Source of the DNA: Candidatus Kaiserbacteria bacterium
Lineage (GTDB): Bacteria > Patescibacteriota > Minisyncoccia > Phycocordibacterales > UBA2100
Assembly: GCA_016867375.1 (NCBI GenBank)
Contig: VGJQ01000002.1
Coordinates: forward strand, 368-64,367
Direction: 5' to 3'
Length of the DNA: 64,000 nt
Shown here: piece after piece, positions 1 to 8,593 of the stretch
How positions within the stretch are numbered: the first letter of the stretch is position 1
Layout of the letters: each line of letters begins with the position of its first letter
Notes under the pieces: generated by a model
Databases searched by the model: none
What the model was told of the DNA's origin: nothing
The model's input: the letters and a program-made list of their open reading frames with translations, nothing else
Position numbers and translations under genes: made by a program

Positions 1-69
1 AGCAAGCACCTCGACGACAACGACTACTGACACCAGCACGAGCACCGCGACCGCCATATGACCACTACT

Positions 70-215
70 AAGGGCTCGTCCACACATAACGTACCCGTTA
101 TGTGTGGACTATACTTATGGTCCCGTTCATTTAGTGTTGAACTCATTTATGAACGGGACCAAAATGTCAAAAGTCAGACTTTCTACAAATGTAGAAAGTC
201 TGACTTTTGACATTC
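70..215. repeat. Composite palindromic repeat upstream of the HUH transposase gene: module A (70-160; contains inverted repeat GTCCACACATAACG..CGTTATGTGTGGAC) followed by a 48-bp nested palindrome TGTCAAAAGTCAGACTTTCTACA/TGTAGAAAGTCTGACTTTTGACA (165-212)
   Basis: Inverted repeats read directly in the sequence. Module A recurs at about 10 other sites in the window (13614, 19160 rc, 28999, 32110 rc, 33120 rc, 46944, 50335 rc, 59456, 63154). Confidence 0.8.
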
Positions 216-234
216 TTTCTGGTATACTTTTCGC

Positions 235-936
235 ATGCGGATAGAACCATACGGGATCGACTCATTTGTGCACGTAATGAAGCGTGGCGCGCGCGGACTA
301 CCCATCACGAGTGATATCGCGGATTGTTGGCGTTTTACCCGGCTCCTCTATCATATGAATGATGAATACAAATGTGACCCGTGGGAGAGAGATACTTTTG
401 GTATGGGGATTTTTGACAGGCCGAGCTCTTGGCCTGAACGTAGTCCTTTGGTAAAAGTACTCGCGTGGGTCCTGATGCCCAATCATTTCCATTTGGTATT
501 GAAAGAGATTCGTGAAGGAGGCGTATCAAAGTACATGCAGAAGATAGGTGGCAGTATGACGACTCACCATAATGCAAAACATGAAGAGAAGGGGAGTATA
601 TTTCAGGGTGCATTCAAGTCGCGGACGCTGGATGATGACTTCTACCTGAAACATGTCGCATCATACGTGATGGTGAAAAATGTTTTTGAGCTATATCCAG
701 GTGGATATGATCGTGCTGTTGCTGAGTTTGATAAGGCTTGGAAGTGGGCGGTAGAAGAATATCCGTTTTCGAGCCTTGCGGATTATGCGACCATGCGCAA
801 CTCGCCGATCCTAGAGAAAGACATCTTCGGTGAGTTGTTCCCGTCACCCGCTACGTTTAAAGCGCACTCAAAAGAAATGATAATGAACAGGACGGTGGAG
901 TCTCATACGGGGCTCTACAAAGCTGCGCTTGAGTAA
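235..936 (+). CDS. IS200/IS605-family HUH tyrosine transposase, REP-associated (RAYT/TnpA_REP-like)
   Basis: HUH motif LMPNHFHLVL, a downstream segment typical of Y1 transposases (IFQGAFKSRTLDDDFYLKHVASYVMVKN) and family-typical size of 233 aa. The gene is bracketed on both sides by palindromic repeats, as for REP/RAYT loci. Confidence 0.7.
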   Translation: MRIEPYGIDSFVHVMKRGARGLPITSDIADCWRFTRLLYHMNDEYKCDPWERDTFGMGIFDRPSSWPERSPLVKVLAWVLMPNHFHLVLKEIREGGVSKYMQKIGGSMTTHHNAKHEEKGSIFQGAFKSRTLDDDFYLKHVASYVMVKNVFELYPGGYDRAVAEFDKAWKWAVEEYPFSSLADYATMRNSPILEKDIFGELFPSPATFKAHSKEMIMNRTVESHTGLYKAALE

Positions 937-942
937 TGCAAA

Positions 943-1035
943 ATGTCAAAAGTCTGACTTTCTACATGGGACTCTGTCAAAAGTCAGACTTTTGACATTT
1001 TTCAGTGTCCTAGAGGCGTCGCCTCTAGGATTTTG
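943..1035. repeat. Downstream flank of the RAYT gene: half-palindrome ATGTCAAAAGTCTGACTTTCTACAT (943-967), perfect palindrome TGTCAAAAGTCAGACTTTTGACA (975-997), and hairpin CCTAGAGGCG-TC-GCCTCTAGG + TTTTGG (1009-1035), a likely terminator
   Basis: Palindromes read directly; same GTCAGAC-core hairpin family as 165-212. Confidence 0.75.
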
Positions 1036-1100
1036 GCTTTTGGAGCAGTATCTCCTCAGTTAGTCTTTCTGTGGACGACGAAGTAGGGCATACTAGGGGG

Positions 1101-2465
1101 ATGAATTATCGAGTCGTCGGCGGCAAGGCATTGAAAGGCGAAGTCACTACCAATATCTCCAAGAATGCTGCGGTCGGCCTCCTTTGCGCTTCTCTATTAA
1201 ATAGAGGCACGACGACGCTCAAGCGCATGCCGCGTATCGAGGAGCTCAAGCGCCTCATCGAAGTAATGGAATCCATCGGCGTCGGTGTGAAATGGCAAGA
1301 TAATGGCCCCGTAAAAGACGGAGAACCGTCTCACGGGGCAGGCGATATGATCATCACGCCGCCTCAGCAGATCGACCTCTCTGGCATCAATCGCGCATCG
1401 GCCGAGCGGACGCGCTCTATTGCGATGTTTATCCCCGCGCTCGTGCATCGGCTTTCCTCGAACGAGCTCGGAACAAGCGGCAGCTTCGAGCTTCCGGCTC
1501 CCGGCGGATGCGATCTGGGCAAGCGCAGCCTCGGTGCGCATATCGATGCGCTCGCGCGTCTTGGTATCTATATCACTGCATCGGCAGACAAGAAGTCGTA
1601 CCATATAGAGGCTGCTGATCTGCGTCCAGCGGAGATCGTCATGTATGAGGCATCTGATACCGGAGTGGAAAATGTCCTCATGGCCGCCGCGCTCATACCG
1701 GGCGTGACCACGATCAAATTCGCAAGCGCCAACTACATGGTGCAAGACCTCTGCGTGTTCTTGGAAAGCTGTGGCGTGCGTATCGAAGGGATCGGCACCT
1801 CGACGCTCGTTGTGCATGGCGTCGATCGGATCGAAGGCGATATCACAGGCTATCCGAGCGAAGATCCGATCGAATCGATGTTTTTTATTTCACTTGCGGC
1901 GACGACGCGTTCGGAGATTGTCGTCAAGCGCTGCCCGATCGACTTTCTCGAACTTGAGCTCTATACGCTCGCGCAGATGGGACTCCGCTATAAGCGTTCG
2001 GCTCCGTATGTGGCAGAAAACGGCCGTACCGTGCTCGTCGATCTCACGATGAAGCCGTCTGATCTTGTAGCGCCGCCGGAAAAGATCGCACCTCGCCCGT
2101 ATCCCGGCATCAATATCGACAATCTGCCATTTTTTGTGCCCGTAGCGACACAGGCGACGGGGCGGACGCTCATCCACGATTGGGTATATGAGGGACGTGC
2201 TGTCCACTATATGGAGATGAAAAAGCTCGGTGCGGATATGGTGCTGGCTGATCCGCATCGCGTGTTTGTCACCGGCCCGACGCCGCTGAAAGCAGCTATC
2301 ATCGAGGCGCCGCCAGCCTTGCGGCCCGCGACGATTCTCCTCATTGGTATGCTTGCGGCGCAGGGGGAGTCCGAGCTCAAGAATGTGTATCCGATCAGTC
2401 GCGGATACGAGAATCTGCACGAGCGACTGCGGGCGATCGGGGCCTCCATCGAAGCGGTGGAATAA
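1101..2465 (+). CDS. murA: UDP-N-acetylglucosamine 1-carboxyvinyltransferase MurA
   Basis: N-terminus MNYRVVGGKALKGEV..NISKNAAVGLL is typical MurA and is collinear over ~450 aa. GGGGG Shine-Dalgarno-like stretch before ATG 1101; the ORF could also begin at 1071. Confidence 0.85.
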   Translation: MNYRVVGGKALKGEVTTNISKNAAVGLLCASLLNRGTTTLKRMPRIEELKRLIEVMESIGVGVKWQDNGPVKDGEPSHGAGDMIITPPQQIDLSGINRASAERTRSIAMFIPALVHRLSSNELGTSGSFELPAPGGCDLGKRSLGAHIDALARLGIYITASADKKSYHIEAADLRPAEIVMYEASDTGVENVLMAAALIPGVTTIKFASANYMVQDLCVFLESCGVRIEGIGTSTLVVHGVDRIEGDITGYPSEDPIESMFFISLAATTRSEIVVKRCPIDFLELELYTLAQMGLRYKRSAPYVAENGRTVLVDLTMKPSDLVAPPEKIAPRPYPGINIDNLPFFVPVATQATGRTLIHDWVYEGRAVHYMEMKKLGADMVLADPHRVFVTGPTPLKAAIIEAPPALRPATILLIGMLAAQGESELKNVYPISRGYENLHERLRAIGASIEAVE

Positions 2466-2542
2466 AAGGTCCACTAAGTATAGAATAGCCCCTATCGGGC
2501 ATGTGGCGGAATTGGTCTGTTCAGTATTTTCCTGTCTTGAGT

Positions 2543-2624
2543 GGGCGTGTGGCGAAATTGGTACACGCGTACGTCTCAGAAGCGTATCCCGCAAGGGTTG
2601 GGAGTTCGAGTCTCCCCACGCCCA
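2543..2624 (+). tRNA. tRNA-Leu (anticodon CAG) with long variable arm
   Basis: Acceptor stem GGGCGTG/CACGCCC, anticodon stem TACGT/GCGTA with loop CTCAGAA, variable hairpin CCCGCAAGGG, T-arm GGGAG-TTCGAGT-CTCCC, discriminator A. Confidence 0.75.
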
Positions 2625-2676
2625 CTCAGAACAGGATGGCGTACGTCGGAGATGCGTATGGGAAAACCAGTGGGAG

Positions 2677-3759
2677 CTATTTGTGTGCCGAGAGTACCTT
2701 GTGTATGCGCACTGAGAATTGGGTGCCTTTGCCTTCTTCGGATTTGACCATCACCTCGGCGCCGTGTTCGTTGAAGATATTTTTGGCGACGTAGAGTCCG
2801 AGACCCGAGCCATCGGGACGCATCTTCATCGCGACTTTGCCGCGGTGCATCTTGCCAAAGAGATTGGCCAGGTCTTCTTGTGACATGCCGATGCCCGTAT
2901 CCTTGATGGTGATATCGACAAACTCATCGACTTGTGTGATTGAGATAGATACCGTGCCGCCCGAGGGTGTGTATTCGATCGCGTTGGAGAGTACGTTGGA
3001 AAGTGCGATCGAGATGCGATCGGCGTCTGCAAGTACCGGCGGGATATCTGGCGCACTTTCGAATACCAATTTGACTCCGCGGCTGTCAGCGTGGCTTCGC
3101 GTTGATTCGACGAGCTTTTCTACGATGGGCTTCAGATCGGCTTCTGCAAATACGTATCCGAAACGGCCCTCACCGATGCGTGCGGCATTAATGATATCTT
3201 GGACGGTCCCCGATATGCGCGCAACAGCACCAGTCACCTCGGTGGGGACCTGTACAGTCTCAAGCGACCATTTGAGCTGGGTGAGCGCGGTGCGCAGCTG
3301 GTGTTCGATGAGTGTGATGGTGTCGCTTTTGTGTTGGAGTAGCTCGCGTTCGTGTTCGCCTGCTTGCCAGATGGCTGAGATAGCTGCGCTCATTGATTGC
3401 GCCATGTTGCCTATTTCATCGGATGATTGTACCGGCGGGGGAGACACACGTTCGTAATTTACATCACGCGACTGTTTGAACCATGTAAGGAGTGTATGCA
3501 CGGGATGTATAAACAAAAAATGTGTGACTGCGAGGAGATATAAAGACCAGATGGTCAGGAGAATGAGTGCTCGGGAGAGATCTGCGTGCGTCTGAAAGAA
3601 TGGTACAAAAAACAGCAGTGTGCTGAGAATTCCGATGCCAAGGAGCATAAAAAGGAGAAGCTTGACGGAGAGGGGGAAGAGTCTGCGGGGACGCGTCACG
3701 GTTTGCGATGTGGATGGGGGAGTCGAGATACGGACGCCCTGCTCAATCTGGTCTGCCAT
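2677..3759 (-). CDS. Sensor histidine kinase (two N-terminal TM helices, HisKA + HATPase_c); no response regulator adjacent
   Basis: H-box region and C-terminal ATPase motifs (GGTVSISITQVDEFVDITIKDTGIGM, GSGLGLYVAK). Hydrophobic N-terminus. Confidence 0.8.
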   Translation of the reverse strand: MADQIEQGVRISTPPSTSQTVTRPRRLFPLSVKLLLFMLLGIGILSTLLFFVPFFQTHADLSRALILLTIWSLYLLAVTHFLFIHPVHTLLTWFKQSRDVNYERVSPPPVQSSDEIGNMAQSMSAAISAIWQAGEHERELLQHKSDTITLIEHQLRTALTQLKWSLETVQVPTEVTGAVARISGTVQDIINAARIGEGRFGYVFAEADLKPIVEKLVESTRSHADSRGVKLVFESAPDIPPVLADADRISIALSNVLSNAIEYTPSGGTVSISITQVDEFVDITIKDTGIGMSQEDLANLFGKMHRGKVAMKMRPDGSGLGLYVAKNIFNEHGAEVMVKSEEGKGTQFSVRIHKVLSAHK

Positions 3760-3824
3760 ATATTGTCAATTCTACCATTCTCCGCGTACTATCCGTGGGT
3801 ATAAGGACGGGGTATATTGTGCAT

Positions 3825-5168
3825 ATGGAAGGTTATCGAAGCTTTTTTGAGGGCAAGAAAGTCACCGTCATGGGGCTCGGTCTCTTGGGTCGTGCGGCGG
3901 GCGATGCGGCATTCATCGCGAGCTGTGGTGCGCAAGTCCTCGTCACTGATATGAAGACGCGCGAAGCGCTCGCTGCATCGGTGGTGCGGCTTGAGCAGTA
4001 TCCGAATATTTCTTTCCGCCTCGGCGAGCATAGGGAGGAGGATTTCACTTCATGCGACATGGTGATCAAGGCTGCCGGTGTGCGGCTTGATTCGCCCTAC
4101 ATCGCGGCGGCGCGCGCGGCTGGGGTACCGGTGTACATGTCGACGGCGCTTTTTGCGAAATGCGCCTCTGATGTCGGAGCGCAGATCGTCGGTATCACCG
4201 GCACGCGCGGCAAATCGACCGTGACAAATATGATATATCATGTCCTAACTCACACGAAGCTGCTTCGTGTATTTTTGGGTGGCAACGTGCGCGGGGTCTC
4301 GACGCTCGCGATGCTGCCGGAGGTGAAAGCGGGCGACGTCGCAGTGCTTGAGCTCGACTCGTGGCAGCTGCAGGGATTTGGTGATTTGCAGATCAGTCCG
4401 CATGTCGCAGTATTTACGAATCTTCTGCCCGATCATCAAAATTACTATAAGGACATGGATGAGTATTTTGCCGACAAGGCGAATATTTTTCGGAATCAGA
4501 AGGTGGGAGATACGTTGGTAGTAGGCGAGCAGGTCGCGGGGCGCGTGCGGGCGGCACAACCGCCTTTAGAGGCGGTTGTGCCGCCCGCACTCCCGGATGA
4601 CTGGCACCTGTGCATGCCAGGCATGCACAACCGCGAAAATGCCGCGCTTGCTAAAGCAGCGCTTGAAGCGCTCGGTATTCCCGAGACGACTATCCAAGAA
4701 AGCCTTGAATCATTTACCGGAGTCGAAGGCCGCCTCCAATTCGTCCGCGAGATCAGGGGTGTCAAAATCTACAACGACAACAATGCCACGACGCCCGATG
4801 CGACGATTGCCGCACTGCGCGCGCTGACAGCCCCTCGACTAAGCTCGGGACATAATCAAGATAAAAATATTATTTTGATTATGGGTGGGGCTGACAAAGG
4901 GCTTGATATGAACAATCTGCTCTATGAAATCGCGGGGAGCTGCAAGCGTGTAATCCTGCTCGCAGGTACCGGCAGCAGTCGCATCGCACCTCTGATGCAA
5001 GATGTGTCTGTCTATGATGATTTTGAGCAGGCAGTCCACGAGGCGGTGGGTAGTGCACAGGGAGGCGACACCATCCTATTTAGCCCGGCCTTTGCCTCAT
5101 TTGGTATGTTCAAAAACGAATACGATCGCAATGATCGGTTTTTGTCCCTCGTGGAACATATAGTATGA
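3825..5168 (+). CDS. murD: UDP-N-acetylmuramoylalanine--D-glutamate ligase MurD
   Basis: KVTVMGLGLLGRA N-terminal Rossmann segment, P-loop GITGTRGKST, Mur ligase middle and C domains. ATG at 3825 is the first in-frame start after the upstream stop; the track ORF begins at 3708. Confidence 0.85.
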   Translation: MEGYRSFFEGKKVTVMGLGLLGRAAGDAAFIASCGAQVLVTDMKTREALAASVVRLEQYPNISFRLGEHREEDFTSCDMVIKAAGVRLDSPYIAAARAAGVPVYMSTALFAKCASDVGAQIVGITGTRGKSTVTNMIYHVLTHTKLLRVFLGGNVRGVSTLAMLPEVKAGDVAVLELDSWQLQGFGDLQISPHVAVFTNLLPDHQNYYKDMDEYFADKANIFRNQKVGDTLVVGEQVAGRVRAAQPPLEAVVPPALPDDWHLCMPGMHNRENAALAKAALEALGIPETTIQESLESFTGVEGRLQFVREIRGVKIYNDNNATTPDATIAALRALTAPRLSSGHNQDKNIILIMGGADKGLDMNNLLYEIAGSCKRVILLAGTGSSRIAPLMQDVSVYDDFEQAVHEAVGSAQGGDTILFSPAFASFGMFKNEYDRNDRFLSLVEHIV

Positions 5169-5198
5169 TCACACAAGAGATGTACCGGGAGTATTCGA

Positions 5199-5396
5199 AT
5201 GTCAGGACAAGAATCCAAATCAAATAATGCTTCACTGGACGATCTTGAGCGTATCCTTAATGCGCCGTTTTCATATACAGAGAAAGAACTTGCTGAAGCA
5301 CGGGCGGCGCTTGAGCGCATACGCGCATATAAGCCGGTTCCGGCGGAAGAGTGGGCGGAACGTTTGGCCAAAGATCTCGCCAAGTTCACCGATTAG
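5199..5396 (+). CDS. Small hypothetical protein (65 aa, acidic, helical)
   Basis: Intact ORF followed by a hairpin terminator; no recognisable domain. Confidence 0.45.
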   Translation: MSGQESKSNNASLDDLERILNAPFSYTEKELAEARAALERIRAYKPVPAEEWAERLAKDLAKFTD

Positions 5397-5410
5397 ACAA
5401 CGAGCCCCCA

Positions 5411-5445
5411 ACGAGCCCCGAACGTTTGGGGCTCGTTTCTTTACG
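5411..5445 (+). terminator. Rho-independent-like terminator (ACGAGCCCC-N8-GGGGCTCGT, then T-rich tract)
   Basis: 9-bp GC-rich stem followed by TTTCTTT. Confidence 0.55.
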
Positions 5446-5597
5446 AGTTTTGGTTCACGCACTGAAGGGAGAGGTGCGACAGCTCACCAACCTTAATTTT
5501 TTGTGTCGCACTCGGCATCGCTGTATCCACCGAAGTTGGTGCAGTGGAGCTAGCCGATACTCTCCCTTCAATACGCGAATAAAGAGCGAGGGAAGAT

Positions 5598-5672
5598 TAC
5601 AAAAAGCCGCCTCCGAAGAGGCGGCCCTTTGCCTTCTCAGGTTGAGCCGAGAAACGGAATTGCCATCCCAGT
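5598..5672 (-). ncRNA. Candidate small RNA transcription unit on the minus strand: promoter (-35 TTGACA at 5707-5702, 17-nt spacer, -10 TAACAT at 5684-5679) to terminator (GCCGCCTC-TTCG-GAGGCGGC + TTTTTGT, 5625-5594)
   Basis: Promoter-like hexamers with correct spacing and a strong terminator are seen on the minus strand of the 400-bp murD/murC spacer. No ORF; predicted transcript ~75 nt. Confidence 0.3.
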
Positions 5673-5742
5673 AAAGAAATGTTAGCGCCCCTATCAATTT
5701 TTGTCAAGGTTTATTAAAATGTGGATAATCCGCTGCGGGTTG

Positions 5743-5810
5743 TGGAGGTGACGGGATTCGAACCCGCGAGAATTGGGATGGCAATTCCATTCCCGGACCA
5801 ACCCACCCCC
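5743..5810 (-). ncRNA. tRNA-like element (degenerate tRNA or pseudo-tRNA): 7-bp acceptor stem GGGGGTG/CACCTCC, canonical T-arm GCGGG-TTCGAAT-CCCGT, discriminator A, but no foldable D-arm and an 8-nt anticodon-like loop
   Basis: Plus strand reads TGGAGGTGACGGGATTCGAACCCGC, the reverse complement of a tRNA 3' end. The 68-nt unit does not fit a canonical cloverleaf. Confidence 0.3.
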
Positions 5811-5852
5811 ACAACGGCGAGAGTATATCGTGAAGAACTTATAAGACAGACC

Positions 5853-7211
5853 ATGGATTACAAAAAAGTATATTTTATAGGTATCGGTGGGATCGGCATG
5901 TCTGGACTCGCGCAACTTCTGGTGCAGCAGGGCAAACAGGTGAGCGGCTCCGATAGGGAAGAATCGCCGACGACGGAGATGCTCGCGCGCAAAGGTATCA
6001 GTGTGACGATCGGGCAAACTGCGGACAATGTCGCACTGGATACAGACCTCGTGATCTACAGCGATGCGGTGTATGCCGACAATCCAGAGCGCATGCGCGC
6101 GGCGGACATGGGCATACCGCAATATTCATATTTCGAGGCACTCGGTGAAGTGTCGCGTAGTATGCGCACGATCGCCGTGGCGGGCACGCACGGCAAGACG
6201 ACCACCACTGGCATGCTCGCCAAGATGTTGTCGGATGCGGCGGTCGAGCCGACCGCAATCATCGGATCGATCGTACGCGATTTCGAATCCAACTACCTGC
6301 CCGGCAGACCCGATCTCTTTGTGGTAGAAGCATGCGAGTATAGGGATCACATCCTCAAACTCTCGCCCGAAATACTCGTCATCACCAATGTCGAGCTCGA
6401 TCACACCGACTATTTTCCCGACCTCGCCGCGCTCCAAGAGACGTTTCGCATTGCGGCAGAAAAAGTCCCCTCCTTCGCTCAAGCTTCGGAGGGCGGGCCT
6501 GCACAGGGCGGTGTCATTGTGACGAACCCAAGTGATCCCAATATCGCCCCCATTCTTCAAAATGTTACGGCAAAGGTGATCGATTACACTCAGGTACACA
6601 CACCGACGCTGCAGCTCATCGGCGAGTTTAATCGCGAGAATGCACAGGCGGCCAAGGCTGCGGCCTTGGCCGCATTTCCCGACCTCGACGAGCGCACGAT
6701 CGACGAATCACTCTCGTCATATCGAGGCGCATGGCGCCGATTTGAATACCGCGGCAAGACGCCGTCAGGTGCACTCGTCTACGACGACTACGCACATCAT
6801 CCGACCGCGATCATGAAGACGATCGAAGCAGCGCGCGCACGTTTTCCCGGCAAAAAGATAGTGGTCGCATTTCACCCTCACCTCTACAGCCGCACGAAGT
6901 CACTCATACATGAGTTTGCGGCAGCGCTTGCGACAGCCGATTTCGCTATCGTCGCACCCATCTACGCCGCGCGTGAAGCACTTGATCCGACTGTATCCAA
7001 CCATATTCTCGCAAAGCTCATCAATAGTACGATGCGGCAGGGGTACAAGTCAGACTTGTGCCTTGGCACAAGTCTGACTTGTGCCCCTGCAATCGCGATC
7101 GACTCATTCGACGAGATCCGCGATCGACTCCTGCAGGAAGGCGAAGACGCACTCATTATCACTATGGGCGCAGGGGATATTTATAAAGTAGCGCAGCAAA
7201 TCGCTGATTAG
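5853..7211 (+). CDS. murC: UDP-N-acetylmuramate--L-alanine ligase MurC
   Basis: N-terminus MDYKKVYFIGIGGIGMSGLAQLL and P-loop GTHGKTTTTGM. Carries an in-frame palindromic insert at 7046-7083. The track ORF starts at 5721 and runs through the tRNA-like element; ATG 5853 is preferred. Confidence 0.85.
   Translation: MDYKKVYFIGIGGIGMSGLAQLLVQQGKQVSGSDREESPTTEMLARKGISVTIGQTADNVALDTDLVIYSDAVYADNPERMRAADMGIPQYSYFEALGEVSRSMRTIAVAGTHGKTTTTGMLAKMLSDAAVEPTAIIGSIVRDFESNYLPGRPDLFVVEACEYRDHILKLSPEILVITNVELDHTDYFPDLAALQETFRIAAEKVPSFAQASEGGPAQGGVIVTNPSDPNIAPILQNVTAKVIDYTQVHTPTLQLIGEFNRENAQAAKAAALAAFPDLDERTIDESLSSYRGAWRRFEYRGKTPSGALVYDDYAHHPTAIMKTIEAARARFPGKKIVVAFHPHLYSRTKSLIHEFAAALATADFAIVAPIYAAREALDPTVSNHILAKLINSTMRQGYKSDLCLGTSLTCAPAIAIDSFDEIRDRLLQEGEDALIITMGAGDIYKVAQQIAD
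7046..7083. repeat. Nested perfect palindrome ACAAGTCAGACTTGTGCC-TT-GGCACAAGTCTGACTTGT (18-bp arms) embedded in frame in murC
   Basis: Read directly; same GTCAGAC hairpin family as the RAYT flanks. Encodes KSDLCLGTSLTC near the MurC C-terminus. Confidence 0.8.
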
Positions 7212-7214
7212 AAT

Positions 7215-7427
7215 ATGCAATCAGAAACGCATGTACGCACGCTTACCAAGACCATCGTCTGGCGCATCATCGCGACCTGTATTTCAATCGGTATTATATA
7301 TTCATTCACTGGCGCACTAGAGCAATCGGTGGAGATATCGCTTGTCGGGGCATTGATCGGTATGGCCACCTACTACCTACACGAACGATTTTGGAACAAA
7401 GTGCAGTGGGGGAGGGTGGAGAAATAA
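7215..7427 (+). CDS. DUF2061-like small membrane protein (70 aa)
   Basis: KTIVWRII..two TM..HERFWN pattern characteristic of DUF2061. Confidence 0.6.
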   Translation: MQSETHVRTLTKTIVWRIIATCISIGIIYSFTGALEQSVEISLVGALIGMATYYLHERFWNKVQWGRVEK

Positions 7428-7433
7428 AAAGAA

Positions 7434-7463
7434 GCGGCCATCGGAATGTCCGATGGCCGCTTT
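7434..7463. terminator. Bidirectional hairpin terminator GCGGCCATCGG-AATGT-CCGATGGCCGC between convergent genes
   Basis: 11-bp perfect stem with T-rich flanks on both strands. Confidence 0.65.
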
Positions 7464-7476
7464 GATTCAAGCCCGC

Positions 7477-7749
7477 TTACCCAGCGAAAAGTGGAAAATG
7501 ATTCATTTCTCCAATGAGGAGGGTAAGCCCTAGAAGCGCCACTCCGCCAATGAAGACGTACATTCCCGCAAGCGATCGTTCCTTGATGCGTCGATACTCC
7601 GTGTATCCCCAGGATCTTATCTCGGGATATGTCCTGCCGAGATACCCTAAGTAAGCGTCCGCAAAGAGGGAATCGACAATTAAGATGATTCCGATCAATG
7701 TGGTGAAGCCGGTGATCAGACTTGCGATCACAAAAATCATGAAGCCCAT
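7477..7749 (-). CDS. Hypothetical small membrane protein (90 aa, 3 predicted TM helices)
   Basis: Hydrophobic ORF convergent with 7215..7427 and sharing its terminator. Confidence 0.5.
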   Translation of the reverse strand: MGFMIFVIASLITGFTTLIGIILIVDSLFADAYLGYLGRTYPEIRSWGYTEYRRIKERSLAGMYVFIGGVALLGLTLLIGEMNHFPLFAG

Positions 7750-7822
7750 GTCGTGTCTCCTGTAGTATGGGGCGAATGCCCGCAGATTGACCTAGGGGTG
7801 ATTAAATACTATAGTCTTATCA

Positions 7823-8572
7823 ATGTCAAGCGGAATATTGAGCATCGTCGCGACCCCCATAGGCAATCTCGAAGACATCACGCTTCGGGCACTGCGCACG
7901 CTACGCGAGGCCGATGTTGTCTTTGCCGAGGATACGCGGGTGGCTGCTAAGCTCTTGGCCCACCACGAGATCAAGGTACCGGTCCATCGGTGTGATGCAG
8001 AGGTGGAGGCCAAGGTCGCCACAGAGGTGGGCCTCCGGCTCGAGCGTGGCGAGCGTGTCGTATACATCTCCGATGCGGGGACGCCAGGGCTTTCGGACCC
8101 GGGCTCGCGGCTCGTGGCGCACGTGCGTAGTGCAATGGGCACCATTGCACCAACAGGCGGAAGCGCAAAAAGTGTTTCCTCTGCGCCGCCCCCATTTACA
8201 ATCGAAGCCATCCCGGGCCCCTCGGCACTGACCGCACTCATTTCAATCGCCGGTATCAATGAACCATCGTTCACCTTTCTCGGATTCTTGCCACATAAGA
8301 AAGGTCGTCAGACCGCACTCAAAAAGATCGCCGCATTGGTTCGATCAGACTCACCACAGGCAGGACATCCGGTCGTGCTCTATGAATCGCCGCATCGCAT
8401 CATCAAGCTCCTCAAAGAGCTATCACAATTCACGCCGGACAAGCACGTCGTCATCGGTCGCGAGCTGACGAAAATGCACGAGGAAGTCATATCCGGCACC
8501 CCAGCGGAAGCGATCTATTCGCTCGAGTCTCGCAATGCCGTACGCGGTGAATTCGTCGTCATCGTGTTCTAA
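7823..8572 (+). CDS. rsmI: 16S rRNA (cytidine1402-2'-O)-methyltransferase RsmI
   Basis: N-terminus LSIVATPIGNLEDITLRALRTL and a tetrapyrrole-methylase fold motif (PGPSA). The stop codon lies inside a palindrome. Confidence 0.8.
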   Translation: MSSGILSIVATPIGNLEDITLRALRTLREADVVFAEDTRVAAKLLAHHEIKVPVHRCDAEVEAKVATEVGLRLERGERVVYISDAGTPGLSDPGSRLVAHVRSAMGTIAPTGGSAKSVSSAPPPFTIEAIPGPSALTALISIAGINEPSFTFLGFLPHKKGRQTALKKIAALVRSDSPQAGHPVVLYESPHRIIKLLKELSQFTPDKHVVIGRELTKMHEEVISGTPAEAIYSLESRNAVRGEFVVIVF

Positions 8573-8593
8573 GGCTAAGCCTTAGAACACCTA
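8567..8593. repeat. Perfect palindrome GTGTTCTAAGG-CTAAG-CCTTAGAACAC overlapping the rsmI stop codon; a related copy lies at 32270-32292
   Basis: Read directly. Confidence 0.7.

Noticed and set aside
5450-5852. tmRNA or RNase P RNA in the 400-bp murD/murC spacer
   Set aside because: The tRNA-like 5' and 3' halves are only 68 nt apart (tmRNA needs ~350 nt between them). There is no resume-codon or tag-reading-frame signature and no RNase P P4 motifs. Reported instead as a tRNA-like element plus candidate sRNA.
5721-5852. MurC N-terminal extension from 5721 (track ORF start)
   Set aside because: The extension translates the tRNA-like element region. Canonical MurC N-terminus MDYKKVYFIGIGGIGM begins at 5853.
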